Assembly (NCBI GenBank): GCA_041485445.1
Contig: JBGPJN010000001.1
Coordinates: forward strand, 11,221-75,220
Direction of reading: 5' to 3'
DNA length: 64,000 bases
Source of the DNA: Dehalococcoidia bacterium
GTDB lineage: Bacteria; Chloroflexota; Dehalococcoidia; Lucifugimonadales; UBA3495
The position numbers and the translations under genes were made by a program. The notes beneath the pieces were generated by a model. That model ran no database searches. It was not told the DNA's origin and saw only the letters and a program-made list of their open reading frames with translations. Every line of letters begins with the position of its first letter. Position 1 is the stretch's first letter. Below are positions 27,182 to 35,863 of this stretch, piece after piece.

Positions 27182-29140
27182 ATGAGAACGGAGGCAGTGC
27201 TGATGGTAGGGTTCGGAGGTTGGAGTGGTGGCGGGGGTCCGCCTGGGGGTGGGGGAAGAGGTGGTGGTGGTGGCGGGGCAGGCCGGCTGCGACGCGCGGC
27301 TGATGGCTGGTCGGATGAAGCCCTTGGCAAAGCCTATGATCACAAAGTGGTGGTCCGGCTGGCCAAGTACGTCCGCCCCTACCGAGTCCGGGTTTTCATT
27401 GCGATCATCAGCACCATGCTGTTTGCGGCCTCGTCTTTCACACTGCCCATGCTGGTTGGAATGGCGGTTGACCGCGCCCTGCGGGGCAACCTTCACGATC
27501 TCACGCTGATCGTATTGGGCATGGTGATCCTGGCCCTCATCGGCTGGGCCTCCTATTTCGGGTACATGAACACCACGGCCTGGATAGGGCACCGCATCTT
27601 GTTGACGTTGCGCCGCGAGATGTTCATCCACCTGCAGCGGCTGTCCCTGAGCTTTTACGACCACAACGAGGTGGGCCGGGTCATGTCCCGCGTGCAGAAT
27701 GACGTGACCGCCCTTCAAGAACTGCTGACCTCAGGATTTTTTACGGTGTTGGCGGACCTGTTCGGCCTGGCCATCATAATCTTCTGGCTCATTCGGCTTG
27801 ACTGGGTCTTGGCCCTGGTCACTTTGGCGGAGTTGCCCATCCTGGCGGTAGTGCTCTGGATTTGGCAAGAGCACGCCAAGAAAGCATTCATCGAGGTGCG
27901 CAAGGCCATCGCCGTGGTGAACTCCAACCTTCAGGAGAACATCTCAGGAGTCCGAGTGACCCAAAGCCTTAACCGGGAGGATGAGAACCTTCGCCGCTTT
28001 GATCAAGTGAACACCAGCAACCTGGACGCCAACGTGCAAGCCGCGCGGCTCACCGCAATGGTGAACCCCGCCGTGGAGATTTCTGTGGCCGTCGCCACCG
28101 CCATAGTCATCGTCTTTGGCGGCTTCCGCGTGCTCAATGGGGCCACCTCCATTGGGGTGATCGTGGCCTTTGCGCTCTACGTGTTGCGCTTTTTTGACCC
28201 CGTCCGGGAACTGGTCATGCAGTACGCCCAGCTGCAGCGGGCCATGGCCGGCGGTCAGCGTGCCTTTGAGGTATTGGACACTGAACCGGAGATTACTGAT
28301 AAGGCCGCCGCCATGGCGCTGCCGCCAATTAAGGGAGCCGTAACCTTTGATCATGTGTGGTTCGAATACACTCCAGGGGCGCCGGTGCTCCGCGACATTA
28401 ACCTGCAGGTTGCCCCAGGGGAAGTCATAGCCCTGGTGGGACCCACCGGCAGTGGCAAGACCACCATCACCGCCCTGATCGCCCGGCTTTACGATGTCAC
28501 TTCCGGCACGGTGCGCGTGGACGGATACGATGTGCGCGATATTCAACGCACGTCTTTGGCGCAGCAGATGGGGGTCGTGCTTCAAGACCCGTTCCTGTTT
28601 TCCGAAACGGTGGAGTCCAATATCCGGTACGGGCGGCCCGGCGCCACCGACGACGAGGTAATCCGGGCCGCGGAGGCGGTGGGAGCCCACGAGTTCATCA
28701 TGCAACTGGAGAACGGGTACGATACGGTGCTGGAGGAGCGCGGCCAGAACCTGTCTCTTGGCCAACGGCAGCTAATCAGTTTCGCCAGAGCAATTATCAC
28801 CGACCCCCGCATCCTGGTTATGGATGAGGCGACGGCCCGAGTGGACAGCAGCACAGAAGCGGTAATACAACTGGCCCTCAAGAACTTGTTGAAAGGGCGC
28901 ACATCCTTCGTGGTGGCCCACCGGCTCTCCACCATCCGTGGCGCGGACCGTATATTGGTGCTGGAGGACGGGCGAATCGCCGAGGCAGGCACTCACGAGG
29001 AGCTCACGGCCCACCATGGCCTCTACAGCCGTCTCTACCACATGACCTACCAGGCCGAGCCCCAAGGAGTTAACGGCCACGCCAACAACGGAGTTGGCCC
29101 AAGGCCGGTTTCCGTCGCCCATGATGGCGGCCAGGCGTAA
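27182..29140 (+). CDS. ABC exporter, fused permease/ATPase half-transporter (heterodimer partner)
   Basis: A Gly-rich N-terminus precedes a TM domain, then GPTGSGKTT, LSLGQRQL and LVMDEATARVD. The start is ambiguous between 27182 and 27203. Confidence 0.9.
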   Translation: MRTEAVLMVGFGGWSGGGGPPGGGGRGGGGGGAGRLRRAADGWSDEALGKAYDHKVVVRLAKYVRPYRVRVFIAIISTMLFAASSFTLPMLVGMAVDRALRGNLHDLTLIVLGMVILALIGWASYFGYMNTTAWIGHRILLTLRREMFIHLQRLSLSFYDHNEVGRVMSRVQNDVTALQELLTSGFFTVLADLFGLAIIIFWLIRLDWVLALVTLAELPILAVVLWIWQEHAKKAFIEVRKAIAVVNSNLQENISGVRVTQSLNREDENLRRFDQVNTSNLDANVQAARLTAMVNPAVEISVAVATAIVIVFGGFRVLNGATSIGVIVAFALYVLRFFDPVRELVMQYAQLQRAMAGGQRAFEVLDTEPEITDKAAAMALPPIKGAVTFDHVWFEYTPGAPVLRDINLQVAPGEVIALVGPTGSGKTTITALIARLYDVTSGTVRVDGYDVRDIQRTSLAQQMGVVLQDPFLFSETVESNIRYGRPGATDDEVIRAAEAVGAHEFIMQLENGYDTVLEERGQNLSLGQRQLISFARAIITDPRILVMDEATARVDSSTEAVIQLALKNLLKGRTSFVVAHRLSTIRGADRILVLEDGRIAEAGTHEELTAHHGLYSRLYHMTYQAEPQGVNGHANNGVGPRPVSVAHDGGQA

Positions 29141-29287
29141 ACCGCCTGGTGGCGCTTCCAGGAAGGCGCCTGTATCCCCCTGCTGGGGTCATCTTGTTGA
29201 GGCCGGGGCAGGATCTTGGCCGCCTTCCTGTTTGTACCAGCTACCGAGCCTTGCATAAATAACTAACCCCATCGGATGTAAGGTAGT

Positions 29288-29370
29288 TGCGGCGTAAATC
29301 CCCCCTTTGCAAAGGGGGGTTGGGGGGATTTCGTCAGCCCAAGTTAAGAGCTTTAGGCAAGGGTCTATAA
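29288..29370 (+). repeat. dispersed repeat, left copy (contains the perfect 20-bp palindrome CCCCCCTTTGCAAAGGGGGG)
   Basis: Its reverse complement aligns with 53758-53850, sharing CTGACGAAATCCCCCCAACCCCCCTTTGC and TTATAGACCC. The palindrome lies at 29300-29319. Confidence 0.7.
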
Positions 29371-29399
29371 AAAGGGGAAGAGGATATAGACCCCGGCTG

Positions 29400-29860
29400 G
29401 AGGGGAAAGGCAGCACCGTGCATCTCCTGACCCCGACGCGTCGGGGCAATGGCTTGCCCTTGGCCCTTCGGGTAACGGCCGCCAACGTGGCCGAGGTTGG
29501 GGTGGGGCCCCAAGTGGTGGATCGGGTGGGGGTGCCACGGCTTCATGGACGTGCCAAGCAGCGTCCCGTCAGTCTGGCTGCGGACAAGCGCCATGACCGC
29601 GCCCTGTTCCGTCGCCAGTTGCGGCGACGACGGATTCAGCAGTCCAACCCCGCCGGGAGTGGCCCCAGCGCAATCGCAAGCCAGGACGCCTACCCCCAAT
29701 CCATGAAGCAAGCACGCTCCGCTGTAAGGTGGAGCGAAGCCATGGCTGGCTGGACAGCTGGCGCCGCCTGTTCACCCGGTATGACTGGTACACTCAATCC
29801 TACGTTGCCTTTCTGACCATCGCTGGTTGCAAGGTCATACTCTCAAGGCTTTTGGGATAG
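29400..29860 (+). pseudogene. IS5-family (DDE) transposase relic: C-terminal half only, frameshifted
   Basis: Frame 1 reads KGSTVHLLT..GLPLALRVTAANV...LAADKRHD..LRRRRI. A second frame continues WPQRNRKPGRLPPIHEASTLRCKVERSHGWLDSWRRLFTRYDWYTQSYVAFLTIAGCKVILSRLLG*. This is the typical IS5 C-terminus, but the N-terminal half is missing. Confidence 0.7.
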
Positions 29861-30232
29861 GTTTTTGGAAAAACGGATAGGCGACATCGGATCTCTGCGG
29901 GTTGTGTTCAGCGGCGACTCCCGGTAGTGGCGTGTCGTTCAGCGTCGGGGTATACTGCGGCCTATAGTAGGCGGCTTACGGGATGGCGGGCTTCAAAGCG
30001 AGAGCCGGTCCCTGTGGCGACCAACAGAGACCTGGGAGGGGCGCTCCGCAGAGACTTGGATATTTAGCGGTAGAGCGGTTCCACGGTTTCCAGGGAGGCG
30101 ACACGGGGACTGGCATCTGACCTTTGTGCGAACGATGGCCGGTCGCGCACACACCAAATCTGTGGGTGGAAAGATTTACGGATTCATTTGGGGGACCTCG
30201 GCTATAACCGCGTATCCCAGGAGAACGCTGAA

Positions 30233-30937
30233 ATGTTCACTCCAGACATGCTTTTGGCTGGCATGGCTGCTGCAGCTTATGCGGCGCCGGCTACGTGTCG
30301 CCTGCCGGTTGGTGGGCATATCTGGTCTGCTGTGACACACATCACTAGTACCGACTCAGTATCATTGACTTTTGATGACGGACCAGACTTTGCAACGGAT
30401 TTGTTTCTTCAGGAGTTGGAAAAAGCCGGGGTGCGTGCAACCTTTTTTCTCATTGGTGAACAGGTGGCGCGAAATCCGAATCAGGCTGCAGCGATCGTGC
30501 AGGCCGGCCATGAGGTAGGAATCCACGGCTACCGCCATCGCAACCATCTCTTGACCTCACCACAGGTCGTGCGTGACGAACTGCATCGAGCGCGGGACAT
30601 AATAGAGTCCGCGACGGGAAGGAGGTTGAGCCTCTTCCGACCTCCATACGGGGTCCTCAGTTGGGCCAGTTTGGCAACAGCCCGGCGTTTAGGATGGACT
30701 GTGGTACTGTGGAACCGCTGTGGCCACGACTGGGAGATGGGCGCCACACCTCGTTCCATCACTGCACATGTGGGCGTACCGAGAGCAGGCGACATTGTCT
30801 TGCTCCATGACTCTGACCGGTACAGCGCCACGGGCTCGTGGAAAAATACACTCAGTGCATTGCCCCTGCTCGTTGAAGTGGTCGACAGCAGGAATCTGAA
30901 GATGAAAACTGTAGGTGATCAACTTCTCCGCCAGTGA
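30233..30937 (+). CDS. polysaccharide deacetylase (NodB homology domain)
   Basis: It has LTFDDGP, RATFFLIG and the GHEVGIHGYRH NodB motifs. The start at MFTPDM is preceded by AGGAG; the ORF track begins at 30188. Confidence 0.85.
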   Translation: MFTPDMLLAGMAAAAYAAPATCRLPVGGHIWSAVTHITSTDSVSLTFDDGPDFATDLFLQELEKAGVRATFFLIGEQVARNPNQAAAIVQAGHEVGIHGYRHRNHLLTSPQVVRDELHRARDIIESATGRRLSLFRPPYGVLSWASLATARRLGWTVVLWNRCGHDWEMGATPRSITAHVGVPRAGDIVLLHDSDRYSATGSWKNTLSALPLLVEVVDSRNLKMKTVGDQLLRQ

Positions 30938-30988
30938 GCCAGCCCATCGCCTGTCGGCACCCCGCGGTGAACGCACGGGAAGTATGAC

Positions 30989-32212
30989 TTGGTTCACCTT
31001 TGGTTGGTGAAAGGAATGGGAGGACTGGTGGAGACATCTCATCGTTCAACGATGAACTACCCTTGGTCAGCGGAATCTGGGGGAGCAGGCCGGCGTCAGC
31101 GCCCGGTGGCGCTTATCTTGAGCGCCTCTGTAGCCGGCGGGCACGACGCGGCCGCCAGAGCCATTGCGTTGGAGCTTGAGGCGCAGGGATACCAGCCAAT
31201 CGTGGCCGATGGGCTTAAAGCCAGCAGCCGCTTCCTAGATTGGCTCATGCGGAATGGGTACAAGACTCTCCTTGATCATGCTCCGTTTTTGTGGGGCGTT
31301 ACTTTCCATGTGACTGCATTCGGACCGGTGGCCGCATTAACCAAGAATTTCGTTGGCTGGTTGGGTGGTGGCCGGCTGCTCCGGATGATAGAAACACACC
31401 GGCCCGACGTGGTCATCTCCACGTACCCACTGTTGAACGCTGTCTTGGGCGACCTCCGGAAACGCGGCAGACTTGCCGCACCCGCGCTGGCGAGCATTGC
31501 AGATTATGGCATCCATCCCTTATGGGTGGCTTCGGGGATGGACTTGCACTTGGTGTCCAGCCAGTTGTCCGCTGAGCGCTGTAACCAGCTGGGCGGGCGT
31601 GCAGCCGTGGCTTCTTTGCCGGTGGCACCAGGGTTCAAAGCGGCGCCACGGAAACTGGATGCGCGCCAAGAACTGGCGCTACCGATCAATGAGTACATCG
31701 CATTGGTGATGGGCGGAGCTTGGGGGATCGGCTCCATCCGACGGACCGTGAAGCTTGTGGCTGCCTCCGGCGCATATACCGTGGTCGTCTGTGGGCGCAA
31801 CGCCACCCTACAAGATTGCCTGGCACGTCGCTTCAAAGGGCAGGACCGCGTTAGGATCCTCGGTTGGTGCTCGGATATGCCTCGGTTGCTCTCTGCCGTC
31901 GACTGTCTCGTACAGAACGCTGGCGGCATGACCTGCTTGGAGGCCATCCGGATGGGAGTGCCCATCATTTATTTTGCCCCAGTGCCTGGGCACGGGCGGC
32001 TCAACATCCAGGTGATGGACCAAGAGCATGCCGGCCAATGGGCCCACTCCAGCCAGTCTCTACAGTCGCTCTTAAGCGCGGCAGTCCTCGGCACAACACA
32101 CATACCGGCGCCCAGGCACGCCGGTGCCCCCGGCATGGCGTTTTTCATTGAGAATCTTCCGCGGGGCACCAACCCATCCCGTGGTCCGACGCAGCCTGTG
32201 ATGCGGAGCTGA
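30989..32212 (+). CDS. MGDG-synthase/UgtP-type glycosyltransferase (GT28-like)
   Basis: The N-terminus ILSASVAGGHDAAARAI matches the MGDG_synth-type motif ILSASxGxGH. The C-terminal half, ending in NAGGMTCLEAI, is GT-B type. The start is uncertain and could be 30989, 31016 or 31052. Confidence 0.8.
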   Translation: MVHLWLVKGMGGLVETSHRSTMNYPWSAESGGAGRRQRPVALILSASVAGGHDAAARAIALELEAQGYQPIVADGLKASSRFLDWLMRNGYKTLLDHAPFLWGVTFHVTAFGPVAALTKNFVGWLGGGRLLRMIETHRPDVVISTYPLLNAVLGDLRKRGRLAAPALASIADYGIHPLWVASGMDLHLVSSQLSAERCNQLGGRAAVASLPVAPGFKAAPRKLDARQELALPINEYIALVMGGAWGIGSIRRTVKLVAASGAYTVVVCGRNATLQDCLARRFKGQDRVRILGWCSDMPRLLSAVDCLVQNAGGMTCLEAIRMGVPIIYFAPVPGHGRLNIQVMDQEHAGQWAHSSQSLQSLLSAAVLGTTHIPAPRHAGAPGMAFFIENLPRGTNPSRGPTQPVMRS

Positions 32213-32478
32213 GCGGGGATCTTGCTCACCTGTCGAGCAAGTGGCAGGGTTGATCTGTCCTTGCACCCTATAGCCGAGCCCTGCATGAAAAGCGACATCA
32301 GCGTGGAAGGCTTGAGCGCCCCAATCCCCCGGTTCCCTTTCCAAAGCCGGTTTGGGCCGTTGCCAGAGGCCGAAGACAGTTGCCAGCCTAACTCAAAGCG
32401 GTCCTGCACATTACGGCCACTGAACTGGTTTGCAAAGCCGGCGGCGTCCTTGACTCACTCAGTTGGTCATTCCGATCG

Positions 32479-33318
32479 ATGACCATTCTCATCGGAATTT
32501 TGCTTGCCATATTGGCCGCAACAGCCCATAACGCGTCGGCGGTCTTCTGGACAGCCTCGGTGCGGTCGGCACGAACTCCCGGTTCATTGGGAAGAATCCT
32601 TGAGGCAACGGTGCGATGGGAGGGAATACAGGGCACCGTATTGAGTGCAATTGGCTGGACGTTGCAATTATTCGCGTTCCAAATGATCTCTGTCTCTCTT
32701 GCGAGCATTGCTGGGGCGGCGGGGTTCGTCATACTTTTCGAACTTGCTCGCCGCAAGCTCCATGAGCCCTTTCGCCAGAGGGAGGCTTATGCCGCGGCAG
32801 CCATTATCGCCGGCGCTGCGGTGGTTTCCTCACATCCCATCCAATTGACCCCGGCCCAACCCAGTGCAATCCAGTGGGCTGCCGTTGTTCTGGTTCTTGC
32901 TTTATTTATCGTAAGTGCTGAGGGGCTAGCTCGATTAAACTTGTTGCCCTTTGAGACCATACGCATGCTATCATCGGGCGTAGCGTATGCGTTGAGCGGC
33001 CTGTTCACTAAGGAAGTAAGCGCTGCATTGTTCCAGCAAAACTGGGTGGTCACCGCCGTAGCCATCTTCGGCATGGCGGGGTCTGCGCTGGCCGGCTATG
33101 TGTTTGAGATGAGTTCGCTGCGGAGAGTTCGCTCGACCATCGTCGTCGGAACGGTGGCGGCCACTCAAATGGTCGTGCCAGTAGCATTGGCGCCTTGGTT
33201 ATTTGCCGAGGTCTGGCCAGCGACACTGTCAGGCCGCCTTCTTCTGGCCGTTGGCATAACCTTGGTCCTGGTGGGCATGACAGCCCTGGTCCGCCTGCCG
33301 ACCAAACCCACGGTGTGA
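32479..33318 (+). CDS. polytopic membrane protein, DMT/EamA-like two-repeat architecture
   Basis: It is 279 aa with about 8-10 hydrophobic helices arranged as two similar halves. No catalytic motif is evident. The assignment rests on topology only. Confidence 0.5.
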   Translation: MTILIGILLAILAATAHNASAVFWTASVRSARTPGSLGRILEATVRWEGIQGTVLSAIGWTLQLFAFQMISVSLASIAGAAGFVILFELARRKLHEPFRQREAYAAAAIIAGAAVVSSHPIQLTPAQPSAIQWAAVVLVLALFIVSAEGLARLNLLPFETIRMLSSGVAYALSGLFTKEVSAALFQQNWVVTAVAIFGMAGSALAGYVFEMSSLRRVRSTIVVGTVAATQMVVPVALAPWLFAEVWPATLSGRLLLAVGITLVLVGMTALVRLPTKPTV

Positions 33319-33454
33319 GTTCAGCCGTAGTCGACTCCTGGCTGTTTGAGACATTGGTTGAACCAATCCCGAAATTGCTCAAACTTGTTGAGCGGTGTCT
33401 ACGGTCACGTACTGATACTAGAATCGGAGGGAGGGCTTTGCTGGTTGGCACCTT

Positions 33455-35383
33455 CTATTTTGACAGTCTGCTGTTTTCGTCATCTAGCCGGAGTTGTTCC
33501 AGTTCTTCCCAACGTGCGTAGGCCTCAGCCAGAAGCGTTTTCAACTCTACTAGCCGATCCTTCGTGGCAATAATGTCGGCCCTGTCCCTTTTGTAGAGTC
33601 CTGGGTCTCCCATGGCTTGGAACAACTCCGTCTGTTCCCTCTCCAGACACTCAATGGTCTGGGGCAGTGCATCCAGTTCCTTTTGCTGCCTGAACCCCAA
33701 TTTTGGCCTTGCCCTGGGCGCCTGAGCCGGTGGGGAGTCTTGTTTGCTGGCAGATGCCTTACTCGGTTTTGCTTCCTGGGGGCGCTGACGCAGCCAGTCA
33801 TCGTACCCACCCACGTACTCCTTCACGATGGAGCCGCCTTCAAAAACGATGGTGCTCGTTACGATGTTGTTGATGAACGTCCTGTCATGGCTGACGAGGA
33901 GAATCGTTCCTGTGTAGTTAATCAAGAGGTCTTCAAGGAGGTCAAGGGTCTCAATATCAAGGTCGTTGGTGGGTTCATCCAGCACAAGGAGATTGGAGGG
34001 CCGCGTGAAGAGACGGGCGAGCATGAGGCGGTTGCGCTCCCCACCGGAAAGAGTAGAAACAAGAGAGCGAGCTTGATCTGGAGAAAAGAGAAAATCTCGC
34101 ATGTAGCCCATGATGTGACGACTCTTCCCGTTAACGGTAACTGTATCAGTGCCGTTGCCGACGTTTTCTATGGCGGTCTTGTTCTCGTCCAATTGCTCAA
34201 GAAGTTGGTCAAAGTAGCTGATTTGCAGGTTAGCGCCGAGGCGGACTGTTCCCGTCTCCGGACTGAGCGTGCCAAGCAGAAGGCGCAAGAGGGTTGTCTT
34301 GCCGCTGCCGTTGGGGCCCAGAATGCCGATCCTATCGCCCTTCAGAATCGTGGTGGAGAAATTTGTGATTACTTGAGTATCGCCATAACTAAAGCCAACT
34401 TTGTCCGCCTTGGCCACCAATGTTCCGGATCGCTCCGCCTCGTGGGCTTCCATCTTCACGTTCCCAGGCCGTTCCCGTCTGGACCTGCGCATCTCACGCA
34501 TTCTTTCCAGTTCCTTCACGCGGCCCTCGTTGCGCGTCCGCCTCGCCTTGATGCCTCCCCGAACCCAATGTTCTTCCTGTTGCAGCTTCCTGTCGAACAG
34601 AGCGTTTTGCGTCTCCTCTGCCTCGCGGTCGGCGCTTCGCCGAACCAGGAATGTCTCATAGTCGCAGGACTGATCAAACAGCCTGCCCCGATCAATTTCC
34701 ACTATGCGGGTAGCAATTCTCTGCAAGAACATCCGGTCGTGGGTAACGAAGATCAAAGCGCCCGTGAACCGAACCATGATCCGTTCCAGTTCCTTGATGG
34801 AATCAATATCCATGTGGTTGGTCGGTTCATCAAGTAGGAGGATATCCGGCTCACCAACCAGCGCCCTTTTCAACAGCACTTGACGTTTTAGGCCAGCGGA
34901 AAGGGAACTGAAAGGGAGGCCCGGATTCACGCCAAGTTGCGAGAGGATTTTGCTGACCTGTTCCCTCTTGTACCACCCTCCCTCCATCTCAAGGTTGTGG
35001 TGAATGCGGTCCAATTCTTCCCGAAGATGCGGCGTGCCTTCATTCAGCAACCCGGCCAGCAACCCGGCGCTTAGGGCTGGATTCCGTGCGATCAGGTCAA
35101 CGTATTCCCTGCTTCCGCTGGCGACTACATCAAACACGGTTCCTGGTAATTCATGGGGCACCTCTTGTGAGAGATAGGCGGAGTGGACACCACGTTGGAC
35201 GGAAAGAGCGCCGGAGTCTGGTTTGACGCTTCCATCTATCAGCCGCAGTAGCGTGGATTTGCCCGAGCCGTTCCTGCCTACCAGGCCAACCTTTTCTCCG
35301 CGCTCGATGGTTAGGTTGACCCCGTCAAAAAGGGGGACGCCAGTAAAGGAAAGGGATATACCTTGCATACCTATGAAGGCCAT
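33455..35383 (-). CDS. ABC-F family ATPase (Uup-like, C-terminal coiled coil)
   Basis: There are two ABC cassettes (GRNGSGKST and GPNGSGKTT; LSAGLKRQ and LSGGERNR), no TM domain, an inter-domain linker and a charged C-terminal coiled coil. Confidence 0.9.
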   Translation of the reverse strand: MAFIGMQGISLSFTGVPLFDGVNLTIERGEKVGLVGRNGSGKSTLLRLIDGSVKPDSGALSVQRGVHSAYLSQEVPHELPGTVFDVVASGSREYVDLIARNPALSAGLLAGLLNEGTPHLREELDRIHHNLEMEGGWYKREQVSKILSQLGVNPGLPFSSLSAGLKRQVLLKRALVGEPDILLLDEPTNHMDIDSIKELERIMVRFTGALIFVTHDRMFLQRIATRIVEIDRGRLFDQSCDYETFLVRRSADREAEETQNALFDRKLQQEEHWVRGGIKARRTRNEGRVKELERMREMRRSRRERPGNVKMEAHEAERSGTLVAKADKVGFSYGDTQVITNFSTTILKGDRIGILGPNGSGKTTLLRLLLGTLSPETGTVRLGANLQISYFDQLLEQLDENKTAIENVGNGTDTVTVNGKSRHIMGYMRDFLFSPDQARSLVSTLSGGERNRLMLARLFTRPSNLLVLDEPTNDLDIETLDLLEDLLINYTGTILLVSHDRTFINNIVTSTIVFEGGSIVKEYVGGYDDWLRQRPQEAKPSKASASKQDSPPAQAPRARPKLGFRQQKELDALPQTIECLEREQTELFQAMGDPGLYKRDRADIIATKDRLVELKTLLAEAYARWEELEQLRLDDENSRLSK

Positions 35384-35392
35384 AAGGAGAAA

Positions 35393-35596
35393 TTACCTCG
35401 CCACCGCTATTCTCTCGACGCGACCGTTTTGGCCGCTCTCCAACCGGACTTTTGTGCCATGGGGATAAATTGGGGAGTTCGCCAAATCGGCTTCAACCAT
35501 CACTTCGGCTAATTTTCCGGTCCGCTGGGCTTCCTTCATTGTACCGACATTGTACCGAAAAGGAGGCAAGACCATTGGATACAAGATTGGTCCCAA
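35393..35596 (-). CDS. YwbE/DUF2196-like small protein
   Basis: QRTGKLAEVMVEADLANSPIYPHGTKVRLESGQNGRVERI matches the pattern I recall for YwbE, QRTGKLTEGIV..ILT.S..HP.GIKVRL..GQ.GRV. The start codon is ambiguous. Confidence 0.6.
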   Translation of the reverse strand: MGPILYPMVLPPFRYNVGTMKEAQRTGKLAEVMVEADLANSPIYPHGTKVRLESGQNGRVERIAVAR

Positions 35597-35647
35597 GCGG
35601 GTAGGGGCTAATAACTCGTGTTCTACGTGTCAACCCAAAGCAGATGC

Positions 35648-35794
35648 GGGTAGTGGGTCAGTTTGATATGGCAGTGAACGTGGACTCTATCCGTCTCACC
35701 GGCGAAGGCCGGTGTCCAGGTACGATCGTGGTTGACATGCTCTGATGGATTCCGGCTTGCGCCGGAATGACGAAGACATATCTGACCCACTACC
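35648..35794. mobile_element. MITE copy B (about 147 bp)
   Basis: It has the same sequence family and orientation as 24499-24644. The TIRs are GGGTAGTGGGTCAG ... CTGACCCACTACC. It is flanked by the direct repeat CAGATGC (35641-35647 and 35795-35801). Confidence 0.8.
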
Positions 35795-35863
35795 CAGATG
35801 CAGCTCACCCAAGATTATGGCTCCTGCCTTTGCGTCCGGTAGGTATAATGGTATCCCTGGCAG

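Noticed and set aside
27182-27300. The Gly-rich run (GGGGPPGGGGRGGGGGGAG) at the N-terminus of the second ABC exporter, considered as a possible separate peptide or repeat.
   Set aside because: It is in frame and contiguous with the transporter. Similar Gly-rich N-termini occur in this exporter family. Only the exact start codon is uncertain.
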